NCBI GenBank assembly: GCA_964357165.1
Contig: CAYHKI010000001.1
Coordinates: 1-24,624, forward strand
From: an uncultured Gammaproteobacteria bacterium
GTDB lineage: Bacteria; Patescibacteriota; Microgenomatia; Curtissbacterales; GWA2-41-24
Direction: 5' to 3'
Length of the DNA stretch: 24,624 nt
The notes under the pieces were generated by a model that was given only the letters and a program-made list of their open reading frames with translations, did no database searches and was not told the origin of the DNA. Positions 1-7,256 of this stretch are shown here, in pieces (position 1 is the stretch's first letter; every line of letters begins with the position of its first letter). Made by a program: the position numbers and the translations under genes.

Positions 1-287
1 AAAGCTGTTTTAAAAGCACTTACACTCGAACCATCACTTGTTAAATCTTGCCAAGAGCGTAGGCCTGCGACGGCTTCTTTTGTATCTGCGGAAGTTTGTT
101 TATTAAGACGCTCCGTTTCAAGATATGTTGCCCCTTCTATTTCATCTGGAGTAAAGCCTTTGGCAATAAAATAAGGTCTATTTACAGTAAGCGACCAGCC
201 AAACTCGTTTCTTATTGCCATAAACGGTCTTTCCGAAACAGTTGTATTGGGCTCTAAATTTTCTTTTGGCTTATCGTGTTCCACCAT
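1..287 (-). CDS. Hypothetical protein, partial (runs off window start)
   Basis: Hand translation from ATG at 287 gives MVEHDKPKENLEPNTTVSERPFMAIRNEFGWSLTVNRPYFIAKGFTPDEIEGATYLETERLNKQ..., open to base 1. It is absent from the ORF track because it has no stop in the window. Confidence 0.7.
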   Translation of the reverse strand, partial: MVEHDKPKENLEPNTTVSERPFMAIRNEFGWSLTVNRPYFIAKGFTPDEIEGATYLETERLNKQTSADTKEAVAGLRSWQDLTSDGSSVSAFKTA

Positions 288-499
288 TTAATCCCTATCT
301 AAAACCATTATACAAAAAAACAAAATACTACGAACTAAAAAAGTTGAATTGTTTAATTTAGCTGATTGTGTGATAAAAAAGAATAGACTGAAACTCGAAT
401 AGTTTTGCTAGCTCAGCAATACCAAACTTTGACGCAATATAGTCATATTTTGCCATCTTGAAATTTGTGCCCAAATATCAAAAACTTTTTTCATAAACG

Positions 500-533
500 C
501 CTCGTCTATGCTTCGTGCTCGGCGAGGTTTTTT
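500..533 (+). terminator. GC-rich stem-loop followed by T-tract (terminator-like or REP-like)
   Basis: CCTCGTC (500-506) pairs with GGCGAGG (521-527), followed by TTTTTT (528-533). Confidence 0.45.
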
Positions 534-550
534 GTGGCATAATTACTTTA

Positions 551-1189
551 ATGTCTTACATATTCCTTGACGAATCAGGAGACTTAGGCTTTGATCCTAA
601 AAAGAAAAACTCCAAATATTTTGTTATTACTTTGCTTTTTGTAGAAAATAAAGGCTCAATAGAAAAAGTTGTTAAAAAGATACACGCTACGCTTAGAAGG
701 AAAGTTAAAAGATTGAGCGGTGGTATTTTACATTCAGTAAAGGAGAAACCAATAACTCGAAAACGACTATTAAACTTACTAAATGAAAGGGATTGTTCAA
801 TTATGACTATATATTTAAACAAGGCCAAAGTATATACGAATTTAAGAGATGAAAAACATGTTCTTTACAATTTTGTGACCAATATTTTACTAGACAGGAT
901 TATATCCAAAAAGCTTGTCGATACAAAGTCATCAATATATCTTATCGCTGAAAAACGGGAAACGAATAAATTTTTAAATGAAAATTTCAAAGAATATTTA
1001 CAGAAACAAGTGCAAGGCAAACATGGATTAAAAATTGTGGTTGAGATTAAAACTCCAGCTGAGGAAAAGTCGCTTCAGGCCGTAGATTTTGTTAGCTGGG
1101 GTATCTTCAGGAAATACGAACAAGGTGACGATTCATATTACAATTTAATCAAGGAAAAAATAATTGAGGAAAGCCCTTTATTCCCTTAA
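551..1189 (+). CDS. DUF3800 family protein (RNase H-like fold, putative nuclease)
   Basis: N-terminal YIFLDESGDLG and C-terminal LQAVDFVSW (QxxD) motifs are typical of DUF3800. ATG 551 is preferred over GTG 515 because the motif starts at residue 3 and an extended -10 (TGgCATAAT, 535-543) lies just upstream. Confidence 0.85.
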   Translation: MSYIFLDESGDLGFDPKKKNSKYFVITLLFVENKGSIEKVVKKIHATLRRKVKRLSGGILHSVKEKPITRKRLLNLLNERDCSIMTIYLNKAKVYTNLRDEKHVLYNFVTNILLDRIISKKLVDTKSSIYLIAEKRETNKFLNENFKEYLQKQVQGKHGLKIVVEIKTPAEEKSLQAVDFVSWGIFRKYEQGDDSYYNLIKEKIIEESPLFP

Positions 1190-1190
1190 A

Positions 1191-1256
1191 AAGTGCAAAG
1201 CCCCATGTGCTATTTATCGAGGAACCATCCGGAACCCCACACATGAGGACTTACTT
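1191..1256 (+). ncRNA. Candidate structured RNA immediately 3' of DUF3800
   Basis: AAGCCCCATGTG (1198-1209) pairs with CACATGAGGACTT (1240-1252) with one mismatch and one bulge. Outer AAGT/ACTT can extend the stem. The 30-nt loop contains GGAACC twice. No T-tract follows. Confidence 0.45.
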
Positions 1257-1289
1257 ACAATGCTAATTATACACTCTATTCAGATTTTG

Positions 1290-2000
1290 TCAAAACCTGT
1301 ACAGTATCAGGGTTTCGTTTACATCAGCACCATCAAGATATGATGGATTGTTGATTATGTAATCCTCAATTCTTTGCTGCGGTGTTCTGCCTTCCATACC
1401 ATAGCCTCCGTGTCTTCGTTTGGTATTGTACCAGGCGAGGTAACGGGACAACCAATACCTGGCATAATCAAGATCATCAGGTTTTGCACCAACCCTCCAG
1501 AAGCATTCCTCCTCTATGGTCCTGTGCATCATTTCTACCTTACCGTTTGAAGTTGGGTGATGAACTGGATTTCTGATGATGTTGATACCAAGTTCCTGAC
1601 AAGTAGTGGTGAAATATTTCTTAAACTCACTGCCATTATCAGTTCTTACTGTTTTGATTGGGAAAGGAGCTGACAGCACCATTTTCCTCAAGAAGTCAGC
1701 TGCTTGATCACTCCTGTTGCCAAAATAGCAGTCTGCCATTCCCCACCTGCTATGGTCATCAACTGCCGTAATAAGAGTGGGACCACTCTTTCCAAGAGGC
1801 TCAGTGGTATCAATCTGAACCTCTTCTCCCGGGTAACCTTTAGTGTAGAGGTGGACGGGCTTCCTTGGTTCTTTGACGTGGGGGATAATCAACCTTCTTC
1901 TGACCAGTATCCTGTATATTCTAAGTACAACGAATTGAAAGATCTCCCTTTTGATTATAAAAAAGTATTTGAAGAATTCTTTGCCGGTCTGGGAAGACAA
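1290..2000 (-). pseudogene. IS481-family / rve integrase-core DDE transposase, N-terminally truncated
   Basis: DDE core QIDT...AVDDHSR...RTDNGSEF...SNGKVEMMHRT is present. The N-terminal HTH region is missing upstream of IYRIL, and the first ~25 codons look like antisense of another gene. Confidence 0.8.
1298..1922 (-). mobile_element. Truncated IS481-like insertion sequence (one terminal IR plus the 3' part of the transposase)
   Basis: TGTACAGTATCAGGGTTTCGTTTACA (1298-1323) looks like an IS481-type TGT-initial terminal IR, and the transposase stop lies just beyond it. No partner IR is visible upstream of the transposase. Confidence 0.7.
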
Positions 2001-2081
2001 AAAAGTAAAACATTAGAAATCAAAGGATTCCACAATTCACTAAGAGCTAAAAAAGAAATTGAACTTGCTTTGAGTGTTTAG
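1917..2081 (+). pseudogene. 3' remnant of an unknown gene abutting the IS fragment
   Basis: AT-rich, protein-like frame YSKYNELKDLPFDYKKVFEEFFAGLGRQKSKTLEIKGFHNSLRAKKEIELALSV*. The upstream part of ORF 1704-2081 is transposase antisense. The left boundary is approximate. Confidence 0.45.
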
Positions 2082-2311
2082 TTTGATAGGTCTGTTTTCT
2101 TAGCTTCTTTTTCCTTTGCTGTCGTTGCCATATACGCATCAGCATTTATAAGCAATACTGCAAACTCATCAACATTTTCTTTATGCTCAGGATCAGTCGC
2201 TTCAAGTATTTTTCGCACGTCATTCTTATTGTTTATATCTAAACTATGATCATGGGCATATTGAAGCGCATCTATTACTAATTCAAGTTTTTCTGCAACA
2301 GGGTCTTTCAT
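2078..2311 (-). CDS. Hypothetical protein (77 aa)
   Basis: Strong SD (AAAGGAGGT) 4 nt upstream of the ATG; acidic helical composition. Confidence 0.75.
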   Translation of the reverse strand: MKDPVAEKLELVIDALQYAHDHSLDINNKNDVRKILEATDPEHKENVDEFAVLLINADAYMATTAKEKEAKKTDLSN

Positions 2312-2348
2312 GTTTACCTCCTTTCTGGATTATAACATTAAGGTTTTT

Positions 2349-2840
2349 CTAAAAACCTAGCTTATTATAGTTTAAGAACCTAAACATCTCTTCGGAGAGT
2401 TTTCTGCTTTCAATTCTTCTCATAATTTCGCGGCTACGAGCTTGCGAAAGAATATTCAGGCTTCCTTCCCAAAGAACTGCTCGGTCAATAATAGCTAATT
2501 TTCTGTGGTGATTACCAGAGCATAGCAGTGTTTGAACCCCTATTTGCTCAAAATTCCTGATTTCAGCTTCTGACTGATACTCAAAGGGCAAATCGTGCTC
2601 TCTTGGGTCTCGGGTCATTACAAAGACCCTGACACCACGATTAATTAGTTTTGTAAATATTGGCCGAAAAAGTCTCATTCTATGACTTGTAATATATGGG
2701 CTTTCAATAATTACTTCATTTTTGGCCTCAAGTAGATCCTGGGTAAACCTGTTGTAAAAGCCCCTTTCATCATATAAAATGGAGCCTGCGACATCTGTGG
2801 AAGGTTGAGTCTTAATCCTCAATGTGTTAAACCAACTCAT
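2349..2840 (-). CDS. Single-domain phospholipase D / Nuc-like superfamily protein
   Basis: HxKxxxxD motif HRKLAIID followed by GSxN (EGSLN); VIIESPYIT strand; SD AAGGAG. Confidence 0.85.
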   Translation of the reverse strand: MSWFNTLRIKTQPSTDVAGSILYDERGFYNRFTQDLLEAKNEVIIESPYITSHRMRLFRPIFTKLINRGVRVFVMTRDPREHDLPFEYQSEAEIRNFEQIGVQTLLCSGNHHRKLAIIDRAVLWEGSLNILSQARSREIMRRIESRKLSEEMFRFLNYNKLGF

Positions 2841-3007
2841 GTCTTGTTCTCCTTTTTGAAATGAGAGAGGGCTACGATAAGAGCGGTTTTTTCTTTGGGG
2901 TCAATTGAGGATGTTAAATAGGTACGAACATCGTCCCAGATGGTGCACCCGCATTAAACATATTACATCAAAGCAAATCTCACATGAGTCACAAGAGCTA
3001 AACTAAA

Positions 3008-3490
3008 TTAATTTGATGATTGTGGTCTTTTTAGAAGTTTTTTCTGGAAAAGTGTTTGTTCAATTAAAAAAAGCCTTTGTTTGGAAATTTCCGGCAAATC
3101 GTCAAAAGTAAAAAACTTCGCCTCCGAAACTTCTGAACTTTTTCTAAATTCACCGCCCATCAATTTTCCTAAAAAACATATATCAACTCTAGCCGACTGC
3201 CTGTCGGTTCTTATTTTTAATTCTTCATCTACGCTAACAATAAGACCGGACTCCTCTTCTATTTCCCGTTCTAACGCCTCCTGCGGATGTTCTTTTGCTT
3301 TAATATAACCACCGGGCAGTCCCCATTGAGTTTGTCTGTAATTATGCTTAAAAAGCAGGATTTCGTTTTTGTTGTTTAAAATAATCCCAGTTACTCCAAT
3401 TAAGAATTGATCTTCAAATATTCGCATAATAAAAAGTTGAATTGATTTGGGCAAATGAAGCATCCGCCAAATTTTAGCGAGGATTCCCAT
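3008..3490 (-). CDS. NUDIX hydrolase
   Basis: Nudix box GGYIKAKEHPQEALEREIEEESGL. Confidence 0.9.
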   Translation of the reverse strand: MGILAKIWRMLHLPKSIQLFIMRIFEDQFLIGVTGIILNNKNEILLFKHNYRQTQWGLPGGYIKAKEHPQEALEREIEEESGLIVSVDEELKIRTDRQSARVDICFLGKLMGGEFRKSSEVSEAKFFTFDDLPEISKQRLFLIEQTLFQKKLLKRPQSSN

Positions 3491-3492
3491 TG

Positions 3493-3834
3493 TTACAGCG
3501 ACTTATCGTCCGATGGATGACCAGACTGCGCTTTTAGTCTTTCGTTTTCCAGCTCCAGCTGGTGCACTGTTTTGGTAAGATTGGCAATTTGTTTATTCGC
3601 ATCTTTGATGGAACTTTCTTTTCCACGAATTTTAAAAGCCGAAGAAATAACGTCTACAAGACTTATAATCCAACTTATAATAAAACCCAAAAGCAAAGAT
3701 CCTAAAACAATTACATATACAGGAATCCCATTCAGATTATAATTGGCAAGCGTTACGGAAATCGTTTGAGTATTTTGTGTTCCAAAATAAGCAACTCCAA
3801 TTCCAAAAATAAATAAAACAATTAAGGCAAACAC
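3493..3834 (-). CDS. LapA/DUF1049-domain membrane protein
   Basis: Two hydrophobic segments flanking F/G-x-QN (FGTQNTQTISVTL), followed by a coiled-coil C-terminus; GTG start. Confidence 0.75.
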   Translation of the reverse strand: MFALIVLFIFGIGVAYFGTQNTQTISVTLANYNLNGIPVYVIVLGSLLLGFIISWIISLVDVISSAFKIRGKESSIKDANKQIANLTKTVHQLELENERLKAQSGHPSDDKSL

Positions 3835-3976
3835 GTGTTAATAAGGTAGCCTAATCTTGCCCTTTTTGCAATAAAGTAGATTTGGAAACTTAATTGCGCT
3901 ATAAAATAAGTTATAATAACCTACGCGGGACGTTTACGCTGTTTACCCTGAATTTAATGATGGGAACGAAGCGAAG

Positions 3977-4050
3977 CGGGGAGTAGCTCAGTTGGCTAGA
4001 GCGCTGCTTTTGGGAAGCAGAGGCCGGAGGTTCGAGTCCTCTCTCCCCGA
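3977..4050 (+). tRNA. tRNA-Pro (TGG)
   Basis: Acceptor CGGGGAG/CTCCCCG; D-arm TAGCTCAGTTGGCTAGAGC; anticodon arm CTGCT-TTTGGGA-AGCAG; T-loop GGTTCGAGTCC. CCA is not encoded. Confidence 0.95.
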
Positions 4051-4051
4051 C
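4000..4051 (+). repeat. 52-bp direct repeat copy 1 (3' part of tRNA-Pro)
   Basis: Identical to 4821-4872: AGCGCTGCTTTTGGGAAGCAGAGGCCGGAGGTTCGAGTCCTCTCTCCCCGAC. Confidence 0.95.
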
Positions 4052-4093
4052 TCTGAATTTTTTTAGTAGTAGGTTAGTCTAATCCAGAGTCGA

Positions 4094-4117
4094 GGTTCGC
4101 TCATAAAATGAGCGACC
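4094..4117 (+). other. Short stem-loop downstream of tRNA-Pro
   Basis: TCGCTCAT (4097-4104) / ATGAGCGA (4108-4115) form a perfect 8-bp stem, extendable by GG/CC. Confidence 0.5.
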
Positions 4118-4122
4118 GACAA

Positions 4123-4151
4123 TTGACAATATGTACATATTGTACTAACAT
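4123..4151 (+). promoter_or_regulatory. Sigma70-like promoter of the TA operon with an 18-bp palindromic operator
   Basis: TTGACA (4123-4128), 17-nt spacer, TAACAT (4146-4151). Perfect palindrome ACAATATGTACATATTGT at 4126-4143. The ATG is 6 nt after the -10. Confidence 0.7.
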
Positions 4152-4157
4152 AGATTT

Positions 4158-4436
4158 ATGACTTTAAGTGTTTCTGTTGGGCAGTTTAGGCAGAATATTG
4201 CGGAATATATCGCAAAGGCTAATTCTGGGCATACTATTGTTTTAATAGATGAAAAGAAAGGTCAACAGTTGGTACAGATTGTGGGGAGCAAAAAGTTTGA
4301 TCCGGAGGCATTTGGAAAAGCATTAAAATCTTCTGCTGGTGTGTTTACTGCAAAAAATCATCCTGAATGGGCTACGAAAAAAAAGTTGAACGATTGGGTT
4401 AATAAAAGCCGTATTAATGACGAAAGAACATTCTAA
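4158..4436 (+). CDS. Phd/YefM-type antitoxin
   Basis: N-terminus SVSVGQFRQNIAEYIAKANSGHTIVL has the Phd/YefM pattern; 92 aa; directly upstream of a PIN gene. Confidence 0.75.
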   Translation: MTLSVSVGQFRQNIAEYIAKANSGHTIVLIDEKKGQQLVQIVGSKKFDPEAFGKALKSSAGVFTAKNHPEWATKKKLNDWVNKSRINDERTF

Positions 4437-4438
4437 TA

Positions 4439-4819
4439 ATGTTTTTAATAGACACAGATATTTTAATATGGGTTTTGAGAGGGAATTCACAATACGCAGA
4501 GTTTTTGCAAGACTTAAAGTACAAAGGCCCCCTTTCCATTTCCGCTGTAACTATTGCTGAGATTTATAAAAATGTTTTCCCTTCAGAAATTGTAAAGACG
4601 GAGAACGTATTAAATGAACTGCAAACTTGGGATGTGACTCCAGGCATTGCAAAGCAATCTGGTTTATATTGGCAAGAATACAGCAAAAAACTTAAAAACT
4701 TGAGTTTAACAGATTGTCTAATAGCGGCAACTGCGAATGTGAATAATCTGACCTTGGTTTCTCTCAATGCTCGCCATTTTCCGATGAAAGACATTAAGTT
4801 TCGCAACCCCTCAGTTTAA
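4439..4819 (+). CDS. vapC: PIN-domain toxin (VapC family)
   Basis: FLIDTDILI, SISAVTIAEI, LTDCLIAATA and LVSLNARHF carry the PIN acidic residues; 126 aa. Confidence 0.9.
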   Translation: MFLIDTDILIWVLRGNSQYAEFLQDLKYKGPLSISAVTIAEIYKNVFPSEIVKTENVLNELQTWDVTPGIAKQSGLYWQEYSKKLKNLSLTDCLIAATANVNNLTLVSLNARHFPMKDIKFRNPSV

Positions 4820-4820
4820 A

Positions 4821-4872
4821 AGCGCTGCTTTTGGGAAGCAGAGGCCGGAGGTTCGAGTCCTCTCTCCCCGAC
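4821..4872 (+). repeat. 52-bp direct repeat copy 2 (tRNA-Pro 3' fragment, att-like)
   Basis: Exact copy of 4000-4051; it lacks the 5' acceptor strand and most of the D-arm. Confidence 0.95.
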
Positions 4873-4912
4873 AATTTAAGTATAGGTACTGTAATAGTCC
4901 AGATGCTGTTTT

Positions 4913-5896
4913 TTATCGGTCTATAGTACCCCAAGTCGAATGCCATTGTCTTTCTTGGCCATGTTTTTTTACACAGAAAATCACGGGATATTCTGAGAAA
5001 AAGTCCTCAAGCCTTTTGTTTTGGACATCTGAGTGAAAAGTTTTGTTATCTATCCAATCCGGAATTGAAAACATCCAGGATTCACCTGATTGTGGGTTCA
5101 TTCTTGATAGCCTTAATCTTCCATCTCTTCCAAACCTTGGAATTGTTCTTGTTAGTTTTCCTTTATAAGGAGTATCACCAATTTGTGTTGAAGAGCTGTT
5201 ATTTACTTGAGTAATCCACCTGTAATATTGTAACCAATCGCTGTGTTCCTCATTGTCAAATGTACTTACGCCCACTTTTGCTCCTACTAAATGCTCCCAT
5301 TGAAAATATGTCTCACTATAACTTCCATGATTAAATTCTTGCTTTTTTCTTTTATCAACGTCACCGACAAGGGCTTTTTTATAATCCGCATTAGGGAAAC
5401 GTACGTCAATTGGGATTTTAGAAGTTGGGTCGTAGCGAGCTACAGCAAGTGGTGGAATTATGGGGTCATTACCGCTCGTTACGTGAACAGCAGGTGTAAA
5501 GTTAGCAGGGTCTTCTAAAATACCCGGATATATAAAAGGTCCCTTTAAAGTTGTTGAATAAAATATCTGGATGCTGTCATCAAAGCTGAATCTAATTTCT
5601 CCGCCTTCGAACGTATAAATGTGTTTGGATGTTTTTCTCTCTACAAGTGTGCGTTTTGCCTTGAGACCATGACGTGATTCGTAACTAATTCTCACACGTT
5701 GTTGGGGAAGTTCTTCATCCGGAGCACTTAAAGCTTCAAAAATGACCTTTTGATTATTCTCACCACCATTTACAGGCAATTCTGTTAATGGCCATAATTG
5801 TGTACCGTGTAAAGTTCTTGCGACAAATGGCTGGGTAAATTCTGGTGCGTCTTTAAGAGATTCTCTTAAAGGTACGCTGTTATTTCTTTCGCCCAT
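4913..5896 (-). CDS. Hypothetical protein (327 aa)
   Basis: Long open frame with a TATAAT box shortly upstream; no motif recognised. Confidence 0.75.
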   Translation of the reverse strand: MGERNNSVPLRESLKDAPEFTQPFVARTLHGTQLWPLTELPVNGGENNQKVIFEALSAPDEELPQQRVRISYESRHGLKAKRTLVERKTSKHIYTFEGGEIRFSFDDSIQIFYSTTLKGPFIYPGILEDPANFTPAVHVTSGNDPIIPPLAVARYDPTSKIPIDVRFPNADYKKALVGDVDKRKKQEFNHGSYSETYFQWEHLVGAKVGVSTFDNEEHSDWLQYYRWITQVNNSSSTQIGDTPYKGKLTRTIPRFGRDGRLRLSRMNPQSGESWMFSIPDWIDNKTFHSDVQNKRLEDFFSEYPVIFCVKKHGQERQWHSTWGTIDR

Positions 5897-5951
5897 AGGT
5901 TGGCATTATAATACGATTTAGCTTCTTGTCAATAATAATTGATACTAGATA

Positions 5952-6305
5952 TTATGGGAGGGATTCTTCGTCGTAGGGATCTTCGTTGGCTTCTCGATGG
6001 CAAAGAGGATTTTTTGGGGCGAAACCTTCGTCTAAAAGTTGGTAAGAGATATTATTTCCTGTTATTGCGCTTCTATCTACCAAAACTCGAGCTTGATCTT
6101 CCTGGAAAATGTCATGAACTTCGGGATTCATGTCTAATTCTTCAGTTATGAATTCATGGACTAGGGTTTGAAAATGATCACTTTCTGTAATGGGTCTCAC
6201 AGCAGGGGTGGTTTCAGGCGTTTCTTTGGTTAGGCTTGATACAATTTCGTGAACCTCTTGTGAAAGGTCAATTTCTGATTGTCTAGCTTCTCTGCGGTTT
6301 GCCAT
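5952..6305 (-). CDS. Hypothetical acidic protein (117 aa)
   Basis: Open frame, co-oriented with its neighbours; no motif recognised. Confidence 0.65.
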   Translation of the reverse strand: MANRREARQSEIDLSQEVHEIVSSLTKETPETTPAVRPITESDHFQTLVHEFITEELDMNPEVHDIFQEDQARVLVDRSAITGNNISYQLLDEGFAPKNPLCHREANEDPYDEESLP

Positions 6306-6469
6306 ACAAAAAGCTGCAAGATACCTGCAGCTGATCTTAATTTTATTAAAGCTAATTTAGATTGTCAATACTTAATTTTAATATTGATTTTTCGACTTGA
6401 TGATTATATAGCGCAACACAAATACACAAATTTTAATTTGCATTAAACTAACTTTTGAGTCAATGTTTT

Positions 6470-6913
6470 TTATTTATACTTGGACTTTATTTGAAATATC
6501 AAGTAAAAACCAATTGCTGCACCAATTACGCTACCAATATTGATACCAATAATAGATGTCACGGCACTTATAACTTCGGCCCAAAAAAGCAGAGTCCAGC
6601 CGCTCATTTTGCCAGCTTTAAGACCAGGATAGGCCATAATCATGATGGCACTAGAGATAAGCCAGCCAATTGTGGCAACTATACCTAATCCAATGTTTTG
6701 TGCTACCCCGCCCACAGCCGCAACAGGCGCTAGAAACGATAGTGCACTAAGTGCGGAAATTGATAGCAATACTCCAAGAACTCCGAAAATCAGAGCTATC
6801 CAGGGAGTAATTTTAAAAAGTGTTTCTATGGCGTTTGCCGGTAAAGGTGGAAGTTTTTTAAACACATCTTCTAGTGAAGATTCAATTTGATTTGACAATT
6901 TTTTATCACTCAT
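6470..6913 (-). CDS. Multi-pass membrane protein of unknown function
   Basis: About four hydrophobic segments; strong SD (AGGGGGTGAT). Confidence 0.85.
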   Translation of the reverse strand: MSDKKLSNQIESSLEDVFKKLPPLPANAIETLFKITPWIALIFGVLGVLLSISALSALSFLAPVAAVGGVAQNIGLGIVATIGWLISSAIMIMAYPGLKAGKMSGWTLLFWAEVISAVTSIIGINIGSVIGAAIGFYLIFQIKSKYK

Positions 6914-6971
6914 AATTTAATCACCCCCTTTTTATATGTTGAGTTAACAATAAACCTAAAACAATAAAAAA

Positions 6972-7211
6972 TCAACGATTATGTTTGTTTGATTTGTTTT
7001 CCTTTTTATAAATACTTTCCAGATAAATTTCATCGGTTTTGGCATTTAGCGGAGCAAAAATATGAACGTTATAACCTTTTTCTTTAAGCAATTCTGATGT
7101 GCAACGTACCTTGTCCTGAACACCACCTTCTACACCCTCCATTGCATACGCGCAATAGATACCTATATTTGTCGTTTGGGGATTTATTCGTTCGCTCATT
7201 ATGCCTGTCAC
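6972..7211 (-). pseudogene. GT-B family 4 glycosyltransferase N-terminal fragment (PimA-like)
   Basis: IGIYCAYAMEGVEGGVQDKVRCTSELLKEKGYNVHIFAP matches the GT4 N-terminal beta-GG-helix-GH/Y.V pattern. The frame ends after ~79 aa in an AT-rich tail. An alternative ATG lies at 7199. Confidence 0.65.
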
Positions 7212-7256
7212 AATACCAGAATATATAAAAAAGTCAAATTTATAGATTAACTTCTT

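Larger units (their letters stand above)
4052..4872 (+). mobile_element. Minimal tRNA-Pro-anchored cassette carrying only a TA pair
   Basis: Intact tRNA on the left, duplicated tRNA 3' part on the right, 769 bp between the repeats, and no integrase inside. Confidence 0.65.

Noticed and set aside
515-550. GTG-start extension of DUF3800
   Set aside because: It overlaps the hairpin and promoter. The family motif begins right after ATG 551.
556-828. Antisense ORFs in the track (this one, also 1382-1576, 3081-3308, 4564-4806, 5291-5518, 6455-6688, 6642-6890, 8830-9093, 8928-9116, 10616-10801, 13068-13262, 13683-13883, 14776-15012, 15247-15456, 16585-16812, 17881-18096, 18220-18483, 19374-19586, 19802-19984, 23569-23799 and similar)
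   Set aside because: They lie inside better-supported genes, have no motifs or SD, and show shadow-frame composition.
1704-1916. N-terminal part of the 125-aa plus-strand ORF
   Set aside because: It is the codon-aligned antisense of the transposase core. Only the portion after about 1917 looks like a real gene remnant.
3931-3976. Imperfect hairpin / REP-like sequence in the tRNA-Pro leader
   Set aside because: Pairing needs several bulges and there is no second copy in the window, so it is not supportable.
4821-4872. Second tRNA-Pro gene
   Set aside because: It lacks the 5' acceptor strand and most of the D-arm, so it is an att-like fragment and not a functional tRNA.
5939-6151. 70-aa plus-strand ORF
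   Set aside because: It is antisense to the 117-aa ORF, which is co-oriented with its neighbours and has a more protein-like composition.
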